Source: an uncultured Verrucomicrobiae bacterium
GTDB lineage: Bacteria > Verrucomicrobiota > Verrucomicrobiia > Chthoniobacterales > UBA10450
Direction: 5' to 3'
DNA: 64,000 bases
Assembly (NCBI GenBank): GCA_963815455.1
Contig: CAWFGO010000002.1
Location: 352,001-416,000, forward strand
Position numbers and translations under genes: made by a program. Every line of letters starts with the position of its first letter. Position 1 is the stretch's first letter. The notes beneath the pieces are model-generated. The model ran no database searches and was not told the origin of the DNA. It saw nothing but the letters and a program-made list of their open reading frames with translations. This document shows positions 37,774 through 47,877 of this stretch, piece after piece.

Positions 37774-39231
37774 GCTTGCTCCATTCCTCCGGACGCGACC
37801 GGATGACTCTCAGTCGCTCCGCCATAATGCGCATCCGCTTCCGGCAGCACGATCTTCACTTCCGACATCGCGATCATGGGAAGGAAGCGAATGAAAATCA
37901 GGAAGAGCGAAGTGAAGATGCCGAGCGTGCCGATAAAGGTCCAGAGATCCACCCAGGTGGGGATAAACAAGCCCCAGGACGAGGGCAGAAAATCGCGATG
38001 CAATCCGCCGACGATAATGATGAAGCGCTCGAACCACATGCCGGCGTTCACGCACATGCAGACGAAATAGACGACGAAGATGTTGCGCCGGCACCAGCGG
38101 AACCAGAAGAGCTGCGGCGAAAGCATGTTGCAGAACAGCATTCCCACCCACCAGTACCACCAGTAGGGACCGAACACGCGGTTCCAAAACGCGAACCGCT
38201 CGTAGTCGCTGCCGCTATACCAGGCGATGAAAAACTCCATGGCGTAGGCGTAACCGACAAACGAGCCGGTCAACAAAATGACCTTCGCCATCTTGTCGAT
38301 GTGCTGCGGCGTGATGATGTCGTGCAGTTTGAAAATCGCGCGCGCCGGGATCATCAGCGTCAGCACCATGGCGAATCCGCCAAAGATCGCGCCGGCGACG
38401 AAGTAGGGCGGGAAAATCGTGGTATGCCACGTGGGCAGGATCGACGTGGCGAAGTCGAACGATACGACGCTGTGCACGGAGAGAACCAGCGGCGTGGAAA
38501 GACCGGCCAAAAGCAGATAAGCCATTTCGTAATGACGCCAGTTGCGGTTCGAGCCGCGCCAGCCGAGCGCGAAAAGCCCGAAGAGAAATTTCTTGATCTT
38601 GGTGGTCGCGCGATCGCGCAACGTGGCCAGGTCTGGGACCAGCCCGGTGTACCAAAACAGCACCGAGACCGTGAAATAGGTCGAGACGGCAAACACGTCC
38701 CACATCAGCGGGCTGCGGAAGTTTGGCCAGATCGCCGAAGTTATTCGGTATCGGCGCGAGATACCACGCCATCCAGACCCGACCGACGTGGATGCCGGGG
38801 AAAATCGCGGCGCACATCACCGCGAAAAGCGTCATCGCTTCAGCCGATCGATTGATCGACGTGCGCCATTTTTGCCGGAGCAAAAATAAAATGGCGGAGA
38901 TCAGCGTGCCGGCGTGTCCGATACCGATCCAGAAAACGAAATTGGTGATGTCCCAGGCCCAGCCGACCGGATGATTCAATCCCCAGGTGCCGACGCCGGT
39001 GGAAATTTGATAGCCGAGACAGAAGAGCCCGAACATCGCGATCGACGCGGTGATGGTGAACGTGACCCACCACCAGCGCGGCGCCGGCTGTTCCACCACG
39101 CCTGAGATGCGTTCCGTGAGCCAGCTGAAATTCCGCCGGTTCAATACCAGCGGGACACGCGGAAGCGGCGCCTCAACCGAAGCTGTCGCTCCGCTCTTGA
39201 TCACGTCTGGCGATGTGGGTGTTTCTTCCAT
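37770..39231 (-). CDS. actC: Alternative complex III NrfD-like quinol-binding subunit C (frameshift near 38730)
   Basis: '[21 protein letters not shown]', 'INRSAEAMT', 'WDVFAVSTY' and '[10 protein letters not shown]'. Confidence 0.92.
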
Positions 39232-39243
39232 ACGTCAGAATGC

Positions 39244-39360
39244 CGTCATTCCAAGCCGCGCAGACGGCCAGGAATCTCGCCCAGGCTGTTGGCTAACGAT
39301 TTCAAAAAGTGTTATCGCACACGGAGCAGCGTGAGGTCCTTCGCTACGCTCAGGATGACA
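39244..39360. repeat. GTCAT...ATGACA REP-like element between actB and actC
   Basis: cgtcattccaagc ... gaggtccttcgctacgctcaggatgaca. Confidence 0.75.
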
Positions 39361-39404
39361 AGCACAGAGCATCGTTTCCCTTTTAACAATATCGACAATC
39401 ATCA

Positions 39405-42400
39405 TCACGCTTTCCCCTGCGGGCTGGCTACGCCAATTTCACCTGCGTCGGGCATTTTAGGATTCGGGTTGCGAATGCGGGCGAGATAACTGGTTCGCGT
39501 GCGCACGTTCAGATATTGAAGCAATCGGTAATTGCGGTCCTGTTCTTTTATCTTCGAGACACGGCTTTCCGGATCGTTGATGTCGCCAAAAACAATCGCT
39601 TCGGTCGGGCAAGCCTGGGCGCAGGCAGTGGTAAACGAGTCGCGTGGAATCCGGGTATCGGCGGAAGCGCCGGCATGGACATGGGCAGCGATTTTTGCTT
39701 CCTCGATGCGCTGAACGCAGAACGTGCATTTCTCCATCACGCCGCGCATTCGGACCGTGACATTCGGATTCTTCTGCATCTTCACGATGTCCGGCGCGCC
39801 CTTGGTGGTGAGCGGGGCAAAGTATTCCTGATAAACGCTGAATTGGCCGGCGATTTTCTTTTTGCCGACCGGCCGCTGGTTGTAATCGAAAAAGTTGAAC
39901 CGGCGAACCTTGAACGGGCAGTTGTTCGCGCAATATCGCGTGCCGATACAACGGTTGTAAGCCATGACGTTGAGGCCGTCTTCGCTGTGAACGGTGGCGT
40001 TGACCGGGCAGACCGTTTCGCACGGCGCGTTTTCGCAGTGCTGGCACATCATCGGCTGATGCACCATTTCCGGGTCCTCCGGCCAGACACCTTTTTCCTG
40101 ATTGAACTGTTTGTCGCTGGCGTAATAGCGATCGATGCGAATCCAGTGCATCGCCCGGCCATGGCTTACCTGCAATTTCCCGACAACCGGAATGTTGTTT
40201 TCACTTTGGCAGGCAATGACGCAGGCACTGCACCCGGTGCACACATTAAGATCGACAGCCATCCCCCACTGCTGCGGCGCGGTCAACGGGGGATGCTGGT
40301 AAATGCTGGGCAGCTTGTGATCGGTTTCTTCGGCGGCCCCGGCCACCGTCTTCACAAACTCGTTATCTTTGCGGTAATTCTCGATCGTCGCTTCGCGAAC
40401 CAGGCCGCGGCCTTCAATGCTGAAATGGTCCTGCGTAGTCGAAAGCGGATAGGTGCGGCCGACCTTTGTCACCTTCACACTTTCGATTTGCTTCCCGTCG
40501 GCGGCGATGAAGTGCGGATTGATCGGCGTGCGTAACAGATAAGCATTGAAACCTCGTTGCTCGGCTTCGGTTGGTTTGGCGTCGGCCGCGCCTCCGGCGT
40601 AGGGCAGCGATTCGAAGCCCGGCATCTTGCGGCCATAACCGAGCGGGATCGTAATCGAGGAATCCGCGTGCCCCGGTGAAACAAGAGCGGCGATGACCAG
40701 CTCACGGCCGATCGGCTCGCGGCCGGCGCTCTTTTCAGCAATTGCCACTTTGATGAGATCGCCCGTTTCGACGCCGAGCTTCCTGGCGTAGACCGGGCTG
40801 ATGATCGCCGCATTGTCCCAGGCAAGTTTGGTAACCGGGTCGGGCATTTCCTGGAGCCAGCCGTTGTTAATGTATCGGCCGTCGTCGATCGAGTAACTGC
40901 CCACCAAGACGATCTCGGGCGAATCCGCGCTCGGCGCCGGCGATGCGTTCCAGAGATTTTGCATAACCGTGCGTGCGGCATCGGTATTAAACGACGGCGA
41001 CCGCTCCGCCGGTTTGACCTGCGGCGCGAAACCGTCCCGGAGAAATGCCGACCACGCGGTGGCAAAATCCCCGGATGGATTTGTTGCGCGAAACGTTTCC
41101 TGCACCAGTTCCGGGCCTTCCGGCTTTGGTCCGCCCAGTAACGCATTCAGCAGTTCGATCTCGGACAGACCGCCGAAGAGCGGCAAGATCATCGGTTGGA
41201 TCGACAAGTAACCACCATCGGCTGTAAGCGCGTCGCCCCAGGATTCGAGATAATGCGCCGCGGGAACATGCCACTGGCTCAGCGCCGATGTCGCGTCCTC
41301 GTGATAACCGAGCCGCACCACATTCGGCACCTTCTTCTGCACGTCGATCCAATCCAGCGGCCGCTTGGTTTCTCTCTCCTCCGCCACCGCGCGGTGAACG
41401 TTGTAAACCGGGTCGCCTCCGAGAACGAACAAGTGTTCGATGTGCCCGTCTCTCATCTCCGCCGCCAACTGCAGGATGCTGTTCGTGCGCGGATTGCGCG
41501 CAAAATCGTGCGCGATTAATGTCGTGCCGATATTCCTCAGCGCGGAATTGATCGCGTAGACAAGCAATTGTACCACCACGGGTTGATGCGGGCCGGCCAG
41601 CACCAGGCTCGCGCCCGGCTTGGACAAAAGATCTGCGGCCGCTTCACTCAGCCATTGCTCGTCGAACTTCGCCGCCCCAGCCGGTAATTGCACACCTGAC
41701 GTCAAAGATCCAAGAGTGGCATCGTTGGTTGCCGCAAAAATCTTCCCGGCCAGTGCGTAGGCAAATGCCGATATCTGGCTGGCCGGACAACGCAGGCGAT
41801 GATCCGCCATCGCGCCGGTGAGCGTGAAACGATTTTCGACAACGTAAAGCCGGTTCATCGTTTCCCGAGCCGATCCGATCCGGCGTCGCGAACTGAAAGC
41901 GCGCACCGAAGCGAGATCGCCTTCGCCGCAATCGAGAAAATCGCTGTCCATCGCCAGGATCACATCGGCTCGATCCAGGCGCGGCAGGAGCTGCAAGTTG
42001 TTGCCGAAAGCGACCTGAGTGGAATAGCTCTGCGCCTGGCTCAGGAGCGGGTCGTAAACGCACCAGCGCATGTTCGGGAACATTTTTTCCAGCTCGCCGC
42101 GTAAACGCTCCCGCGTGGGCGAGTAAGTCTCCTCGACCAGGAACGCCAGGCCGCTCCCTTGCTGCGAAGCGAGTTTCTTGCGCAATTCGGCCAGATAAGT
42201 CTCAAACTCCGCGCGATCGCTCGGTTTCCCGTTGTGAACGAAAGACTTCGAGCGCGTCGGATCGTAAAGATCGAGAACGGATGCCTGGGCGAACGCATCG
42301 CTCGCTCCTCCACTGGCGGGATGGAGAGGATTGCCGTCAACCTTGGTCGGTCGTCCATCGTTCGTAGTCACAACGAGCGGGATCGCGCCGGCTCGCCGCG

Positions 42401-42707
42401 GCATCGCGGTGGCGTAGAAAAGCGGTTTACCCGGGATCGTCCACTCGGCGCTTTTCGTAAACGGAACCAGATGCGCCTCGGGCCGGCGGCAACTGCTCAA
42501 GCCGAAACCGGCCAGCGCCATCGAGGCGCCCATCAATTTCACAAAACTTCGACGCGACCATTCGTCGCCATTCAATTGGTCGGCCCCGGCCGGAAATTCG
42601 TGCTCCAGCCATTCGTGAAACTCCGGCGTGTCGCTCAGCTCATCGAGGCTGCGCCAGTAACGCTTCCCGGTCGCCGAATCCGGCGGATGTTCAAAAACGC
42701 GTTTCAT
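39405..42707 (-). CDS. actB: Alternative complex III subunit B (molybdopterin-oxidoreductase-like plus Fe-S domain)
   Basis: 'YWRSLDEL', Tat motif 'SRRSFVKL', 'CTGCSACVIAC', 'CQHCENAPCETVCP', 'RCIGTRYCANNCP' and 'EKCTFC'. Confidence 0.95.
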   Translation of the reverse strand: MKRVFEHPPDSATGKRYWRSLDELSDTPEFHEWLEHEFPAGADQLNGDEWSRRSFVKLMGASMALAGFGLSSCRRPEAHLVPFTKSAEWTIPGKPLFYATAMPRRAGAIPLVVTTNDGRPTKVDGNPLHPASGGASDAFAQASVLDLYDPTRSKSFVHNGKPSDRAEFETYLAELRKKLASQQGSGLAFLVEETYSPTRERLRGELEKMFPNMRWCVYDPLLSQAQSYSTQVAFGNNLQLLPRLDRADVILAMDSDFLDCGEGDLASVRAFSSRRRIGSARETMNRLYVVENRFTLTGAMADHRLRCPASQISAFAYALAGKIFAATNDATLGSLTSGVQLPAGAAKFDEQWLSEAAADLLSKPGASLVLAGPHQPVVVQLLVYAINSALRNIGTTLIAHDFARNPRTNSILQLAAEMRDGHIEHLFVLGGDPVYNVHRAVAEERETKRPLDWIDVQKKVPNVVRLGYHEDATSALSQWHVPAAHYLESWGDALTADGGYLSIQPMILPLFGGLSEIELLNALLGGPKPEGPELVQETFRATNPSGDFATAWSAFLRDGFAPQVKPAERSPSFNTDAARTVMQNLWNASPAPSADSPEIVLVGSYSIDDGRYINNGWLQEMPDPVTKLAWDNAAIISPVYARKLGVETGDLIKVAIAEKSAGREPIGRELVIAALVSPGHADSSITIPLGYGRKMPGFESLPYAGGAADAKPTEAEQRGFNAYLLRTPINPHFIAADGKQIESVKVTKVGRTYPLSTTQDHFSIEGRGLVREATIENYRKDNEFVKTVAGAAEETDHKLPSIYQHPPLTAPQQWGMAVDLNVCTGCSACVIACQSENNIPVVGKLQVSHGRAMHWIRIDRYYASDKQFNQEKGVWPEDPEMVHQPMMCQHCENAPCETVCPVNATVHSEDGLNVMAYNRCIGTRYCANNCPFKVRRFNFFDYNQRPVGKKKIAGQFSVYQEYFAPLTTKGAPDIVKMQKNPNVTVRMRGVMEKCTFCVQRIEEAKIAAHVHAGASADTRIPRDSFTTACAQACPTEAIVFGDINDPESRVSKIKEQDRNYRLLQYLNVRTRTSYLARIRNPNPKMPDAGEIGVASPQGKA

Positions 42708-42708
42708 A

Positions 42709-42756
42709 GTAGCACAGGCATCTTGCCTGTGGGGCCGGCGGGCGTCTCGCCTGCCG
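42709..42756. repeat. GTAGCACAG-family REP half between actA and actB
   Basis: gtagcacaggcatcttgcctgtggggccggcgggcgtctcgcctgcc. Confidence 0.75.
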
Positions 42757-42780
42757 AAAATTGGCGTGGAAATTCGCTTC

Positions 42781-43506
42781 TCATCGGTGGCACCCCTGAC
42801 AATTCGTCGGCGGATTAATGTTCCACTTCTCCTTCAAAGTCTGGCCGATTTCGCTTTGGGTGAGATTTTTCTTCTTCGTCCAATCTTCCTTCACTCCATC
42901 GGGCATTCCGTATTTCGCCACAAAATCCGCCGGCTTCACATCGTCCGGTTTCCAATCGAGATTGAAAATCTGGTCATCGGGCCGCAGGAAATTTTCCGGA
43001 TGCCGATGGCATTCGAGGCACCAGGCCATGCTGTGCGGTTTGGCGTGATAAACCACCGGCATGTGATTGACCTGACCGTGGCAACTGAAACAACTGATCC
43101 CGCGGTTCACGTGCGCGGAGTGATTGTAAAAAACGTAATCAGGCGTGCGATGAATTTGCACCCACTCGATCGGCTTGCCGCTTTTCCAGCTTGCTCGCAT
43201 CGGCTCGAGCTTCGGATTGTCCTTTTGCACCTGGGTGTGGCAGTTCATGCACGTCTGCGTCGTCGGCAAATTCGAATGCGCCGCCACTTCGACAAAGCTG
43301 TGGCAATAACGGCAATCCATCCCCAGTTGCGACACGTGGATATCGTGCGGGAACGGCACCGGCTGGATCGGTTGATAACCCACGCGCGTGTACTTCGGCG
43401 TGACGTAATACCAGGTCGCACCGGTCAGGCCGCAAACCAGCACCATGGAACAAATCACCGTTTTGAGCGGCAACCAATTGGTCCAACGCGGAAAAAAATT
43501 CGCCAT
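42781..43506 (-). CDS. actA: Alternative complex III pentaheme cytochrome c subunit A
   Basis: Five CxxCH motifs (CRYCH, CMNCH, CFSCH, CLECH, CQGCH) after one TM. Confidence 0.95.
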   Translation of the reverse strand: MANFFPRWTNWLPLKTVICSMVLVCGLTGATWYYVTPKYTRVGYQPIQPVPFPHDIHVSQLGMDCRYCHSFVEVAAHSNLPTTQTCMNCHTQVQKDNPKLEPMRASWKSGKPIEWVQIHRTPDYVFYNHSAHVNRGISCFSCHGQVNHMPVVYHAKPHSMAWCLECHRHPENFLRPDDQIFNLDWKPDDVKPADFVAKYGMPDGVKEDWTKKKNLTQSEIGQTLKEKWNINPPTNCQGCHR

Positions 43507-43678
43507 AAATCAGAAAGGGCGACTGTGACCAGGCGACAGCCGCCAGACTGAAAACGAACCAAGGTTGTAATTGGAAAGTGCTTCGTTCAGGCGGTGCAAG
43601 GGTTAAGTGGGTTTGCTCGTCCGAGGGGAGATCACGATTCTATGAATCGGGTCGGCGAGGGCAAAAGAAATTTCCTTA

Positions 43679-43692
43679 TTCATGTCGATCAA
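43679..43692. promoter_or_regulatory. FNR/CRP-like box upstream of actA
   Basis: TTCAT-GTCG-ATCAA, one mismatch to TTGAT-N4-ATCAA. Confidence 0.35.
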
Positions 43693-43823
43693 AAAATTAA
43701 TACCGGCCACTCTTCCGATACAGAAAAGTGACCTGTTGGCAAAATCGATATCGACAAAACTTCGCCAGCGCGTCAAGCCTTGAAAGCCTGTAGGGGAAAC
43801 TGACAGTATCCTTGACAGCATCC

Positions 43824-45593
43824 ATGAAAACATGGCGAAACGCGCAACCGCTGGTTTTTGCCCTCGCAGCCTTCTTAATTAGGCCAGCGGTCAGCGCTGA
43901 AGATGTCGATCTTATCCTGTCCAACGGCAACATTTACACGGTAAATGAAAAGCAGCCCAGAGCCGAAGCGATTGCGGTAAAAGGCGACCGGATCGTTTTC
44001 GTCGGCTCGAATGAGGAAGCGAAGAAGTTTCACGCTGGCCGCACTATCGATCTTAAGGGGAACACCGTCGTGCCCGGCCTGACCGATTCGCATTGCCACA
44101 TCTTCGGAATCGGCGAGCGCGAGATGCGATTGAATCTCGAAGGCACCAACACGCTCGAAGATTTTCTGGCCAAGGTAAAAGCGCGCGTCGCTCAAACCGG
44201 GCAAGGCAAATGGATCACTGGTCGGGGCTGGATCGAGACATTTTGGAAACCGCCACAATTCCCCACCCGACAGGATCTCGACAAAGTTGCACCGAATAAT
44301 CCGGTTTTCCTCACCCGGGCCGATGGTCACGCCTCAATCGCCAATTCTGCCGCACTAAAAATTGCGAAGATCGACAAGAACACGCCGAACCCTTTTGGCG
44401 GCGAAATTTTGAAAGATAAACAAATGGGCGAGCCAACAGGAATGTTGCTCGACAACGCGCAGGATTTGGTTTCGAAAAATATTCCAGCGCCGACCCAAGC
44501 CGAGCGAGAGGAAGCGTTGCTGCGCGGGATCGATCGCGAGATCGGGCTGGGCTGGTGCGAAATTCAAAATGCCGGCAGCCACCAGAACGATGTCGATCTT
44601 ATTAAGAAGGCATTCGAATCCGGCAAAGCGAAAATCCGGTTTATCAATGCCGTTTACGGCCCGGGCAACGATGCGGATGCGTTGCTGCGCGCAAGTGGCC
44701 TGAGCTTCCAGCCCATGTCCCATCGGCAAGATGCCGAGGCTACGCTCGGTCCCGCAATCAACCAATACAATCACCATTTCACCCAGCGCACGATTAAGGT
44801 GGTCTTCGATGGCGCGCTCGGTTCCCGCGGCGCGGCTTTGCTAAAACCGTACAGCGACGCGCCGGAGACTTCCGGCTACCTCACCGAAAAACCGGAAGAG
44901 TTGCGACCGATGTTCGCGGAAGCGCTGCGTCGCGGGATTCAGGTCGAAACGCACGCGATCGGCGACCGCGCGAACCGATTAATCCTCGATCTTTACGAAC
45001 AAGCATTTAAAGCGGTGCCGCCTCAAGAAAGAAAAATTAAAGAGCCGCGCTGGCGCGTCGAGCACGCGCAGATTGGCGATCCTGTCGATCTTCCACGATT
45101 CGCGAAACTCGGCGTCATCCCGTCGATGCAACCGTCGCACGCCATCAGCGATCTCTTTTTCGCGCCCAGCCGGCTAGGAATGGATCGCCTCGCCGGCGCC
45201 TACGCTTGGAAAAGCCTTCTCAAATCGGGATGCATCATTCCCGGCGGTTCCGATGCACCGGTCGAGCGCGGCGAGCCGATGATCGAGTTTTACGCCGCAG
45301 TCGCACGCAAGAGCATCAAAGGCGAACAACGTGAAGGCTGGCACCCCGAACAAGCTGTTTCGCGCGAGCAAGCGCTGAAAATGTTTACCCTCTGGCCCGC
45401 TTATGCTGTGTTTGAAGAAAAAGACAAAGGCTCAATCGAACCCGGCAAGCTCGCTGATTTCACCGTGCTTTCACAGGACATCATGAAAATTCCCGAACGG
45501 GAAATTTTGAAGACGCGTTGCGAAATGACAATCATCGGCGGCGAGATTGTTTATCTGAATTGGGTCCCACCTGAAAAGGAGGAGAAAGATTGA
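43824..45593 (+). CDS. Secreted amidohydrolase (YtcJ-like, amidohydrolase_3)
   Basis: 'PGLTDSHCH', 'DGALGSRGA', 'HAIGDRAN', 'RVEHAQ', 'GSDAPVE' and 'GKLADF'. Confidence 0.9.
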   Translation: MKTWRNAQPLVFALAAFLIRPAVSAEDVDLILSNGNIYTVNEKQPRAEAIAVKGDRIVFVGSNEEAKKFHAGRTIDLKGNTVVPGLTDSHCHIFGIGEREMRLNLEGTNTLEDFLAKVKARVAQTGQGKWITGRGWIETFWKPPQFPTRQDLDKVAPNNPVFLTRADGHASIANSAALKIAKIDKNTPNPFGGEILKDKQMGEPTGMLLDNAQDLVSKNIPAPTQAEREEALLRGIDREIGLGWCEIQNAGSHQNDVDLIKKAFESGKAKIRFINAVYGPGNDADALLRASGLSFQPMSHRQDAEATLGPAINQYNHHFTQRTIKVVFDGALGSRGAALLKPYSDAPETSGYLTEKPEELRPMFAEALRRGIQVETHAIGDRANRLILDLYEQAFKAVPPQERKIKEPRWRVEHAQIGDPVDLPRFAKLGVIPSMQPSHAISDLFFAPSRLGMDRLAGAYAWKSLLKSGCIIPGGSDAPVERGEPMIEFYAAVARKSIKGEQREGWHPEQAVSREQALKMFTLWPAYAVFEEKDKGSIEPGKLADFTVLSQDIMKIPEREILKTRCEMTIIGGEIVYLNWVPPEKEEKD

Positions 45594-46033
45594 CGATGAT
45601 AGCGCGACGCAAACAAATCGCGATTCTAACAGCGCAGGCCCTGGTTGCAGTCAGCTTTTGTACAGCGCAATCTCCCAAAGAAATCAGCCTGCAGGAAAAG
45701 CGCATGGAGATTCGGGCGCAGCTTCTCAAGCTGACACCGATCGGCTCGACCTCCGAGCAGGTGCGAAAATCAATCCAGCGAAACCTGCTTCACGCCGGTG
45801 AGACAGCGCCGCCGTTGGAAAACCATCCCGCAGGCATTACCGAGTCGGATCATTCTGGCCCGCACGGCGTAAAAAGCATCCGTCTGCGTCTCGGCGGATA
45901 CCTGGCGGATCCAGCCATTGTTCTTTTGACCGCGCCGTTGATTTCCCACAAGGAGGTTTTTGCCGAGTGGGCGTTCGACAAAAAAGATCATCTGATCGAA
46001 ATCTTCGTGGACAAAACTTCGCGCGTTTATTGA
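45590..46033 (+). CDS. Hypothetical exported protein
   Basis: 147-aa ORF overlapping the amidohydrolase stop; signal-like N-terminus. Confidence 0.5.
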   Translation: MTMIARRKQIAILTAQALVAVSFCTAQSPKEISLQEKRMEIRAQLLKLTPIGSTSEQVRKSIQRNLLHAGETAPPLENHPAGITESDHSGPHGVKSIRLRLGGYLADPAIVLLTAPLISHKEVFAEWAFDKKDHLIEIFVDKTSRVY

Positions 46034-47781
46034 CTCTCTCCCACCGGGAGATTTCGATTTTGTCCGGCAAGCGTGAGGATAATATCCGTCTTGGAAATAC
46101 TGCCGACAAGCCGTCCCCGCGCTGAGCCTTCGACAACCGGCAGACGCTCCCCATCGTGGCGGACAAAGGTTTCGAGGGCTTCGTTCAGCGCGGCATCGGG
46201 CCGAACTTTGGGAAAACTTTCGCGCATAATATCACCGGCGATGACCAGCTCGGCCAGCTCGGGTGAATTGAGGAAGCTTTTAATATCGTGCAGTGATATC
46301 GCTCCCAGGAAGCGCCCGTCATCGGCGACGTAGAGATAGTTAAAGCGATTTGCGATGAACTTCTCGCCAATTTCAGCAAAGCGCGCCGTTCTCGACACTG
46401 TGATTGGATCCGGCTTCATCAGTTGGCGAACATGCAGGTTTTCAAACTGCCCGCGGAACGCGTCCGCGCCTTTGCGCTTCAGCGATTCGCTGTAGATCGA
46501 GCGCTTCTCGATGCTGAAGGACGTATAGTAGGCGGTGACGCAAGCGAGCATCAATGGCAGAATGATCTCGTAGTCGAGAGTCATTTCGAAGATCATGAGG
46601 ATTGCCATGATGGGCGCGTGGGTCGTTCCGGCGAGAAAAGCGCCCATCCCGACCAGCGCGAAAGCGCTCGGTTCTGGATGGAAGGCGCCAAAGGCTGGTA
46701 CCACAGTTCCAAAGAGATAGCCAAGGCCCGCGCCGACAAAAAGCGTTGGGGTAAAAACTCCGCCAACGGCGCCCGAGCCAAAGGTCGCAGTCGTAGCGAG
46801 AATCTTAAAGAGTAGAATCAACGCGACAGTCTGCCAGAGCCAGTGGCCGGCAAGAATATCGCTTATGGTGCTATAGCCGTTGCCGCATACTTCCGGATAA
46901 GGGATCGCGAGCGCGCCGACCGCCAGGCCGCCGATGGCCATGCGCACGAACACCGGAACAGGGAGCCGCAGGAACAATCGCTCGCCCCGTTCAAGCAAAC
47001 GCAGAAACCAGGGCGCGACAAATCCGGCCAGCAACCCGAGGGCAAGGTGCGGGATGATTTCCCAATTGGAGGTCAAACGAAATGCCGGCACCGCATACAA
47101 TGGGTCCCGCCCAAGAAAGCCGCGCACCGTGAGTGTTGCGATTACGGAAGCGAAAACGAGCGGCCCGAATATTTCCATGGCGAGCGAGCACATCACAATC
47201 TCGGCTACGAAGAGCGCGCCAGCGATCGGGGCGTTGTAGGCGGAGGCGATGCCGGCGGCGGCACCGCAGCCCACCAGCAGTCGCATCCGCGGCGTAGACC
47301 AATTGCGCATTCTCCCAATTTGGGAAGCGATCAAGGACGAAAGCTGCACCATCGGCCCCTCCCGGCCGATCGATCCGCCCGACGCAATGGAGAACATTGC
47401 CGAAAGCGACTTCACCAGGCTGCGCGAGGCCGAGATTTTCCCATCGCCAAGCACAATCGCTTCCATGTAATCGGTGGTGGCCACCCGTCCCCGCCGATAT
47501 CCAACGAGAATGACGAAGCCCGCGAGCAGACCGCCAAATGCCGGGGTCAGTAACCGCTGCCACAACGGCAGATGAGAAAACGTCTCCACGATTCCGTGCG
47601 TGGCCCGTCCGGTAAGAATGCTGTGCATCAATCCCGCACCAAGCCGAAATAGGATCGACGTCAACGCGCCTAGAAATCCGATTATCCCGGCCCACGCCAG
47701 AGTACGCTGGAGTTCCGTTGGATGGAACGCCTGTTTGAACCAGACCCATAGCTTGAGCAGGCGCAGCACCCCTGGCCGCAT
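46027..47781 (-). CDS. ClC-family chloride channel/antiporter (ClcB-like) with CBS pair
   Basis: 'GGSIGREGP', 'GAAAGIASAYNAPIAG', 'GGVFTP' and two C-terminal CBS domains. Confidence 0.92.
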   Translation of the reverse strand: MRPGVLRLLKLWVWFKQAFHPTELQRTLAWAGIIGFLGALTSILFRLGAGLMHSILTGRATHGIVETFSHLPLWQRLLTPAFGGLLAGFVILVGYRRGRVATTDYMEAIVLGDGKISASRSLVKSLSAMFSIASGGSIGREGPMVQLSSLIASQIGRMRNWSTPRMRLLVGCGAAAGIASAYNAPIAGALFVAEIVMCSLAMEIFGPLVFASVIATLTVRGFLGRDPLYAVPAFRLTSNWEIIPHLALGLLAGFVAPWFLRLLERGERLFLRLPVPVFVRMAIGGLAVGALAIPYPEVCGNGYSTISDILAGHWLWQTVALILLFKILATTATFGSGAVGGVFTPTLFVGAGLGYLFGTVVPAFGAFHPEPSAFALVGMGAFLAGTTHAPIMAILMIFEMTLDYEIILPLMLACVTAYYTSFSIEKRSIYSESLKRKGADAFRGQFENLHVRQLMKPDPITVSRTARFAEIGEKFIANRFNYLYVADDGRFLGAISLHDIKSFLNSPELAELVIAGDIMRESFPKVRPDAALNEALETFVRHDGERLPVVEGSARGRLVGSISKTDIILTLAGQNRNLPVGESQ

Positions 47782-47877
47782 TGCTGCGGTCCCTTGCGGA
47801 TCGGTCGGTCCCTGCACACTCACCAATTCGACCGATTGGGAGCATGGTGCAATGGGCTCGGCAATTTTTCTCTTCGA

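Noticed and set aside
39405..42707. A catalytic molybdoenzyme
   Set aside because: The actA-F context identifies it as ActB, whose molybdopterin-like domain is known to lack the cofactor.
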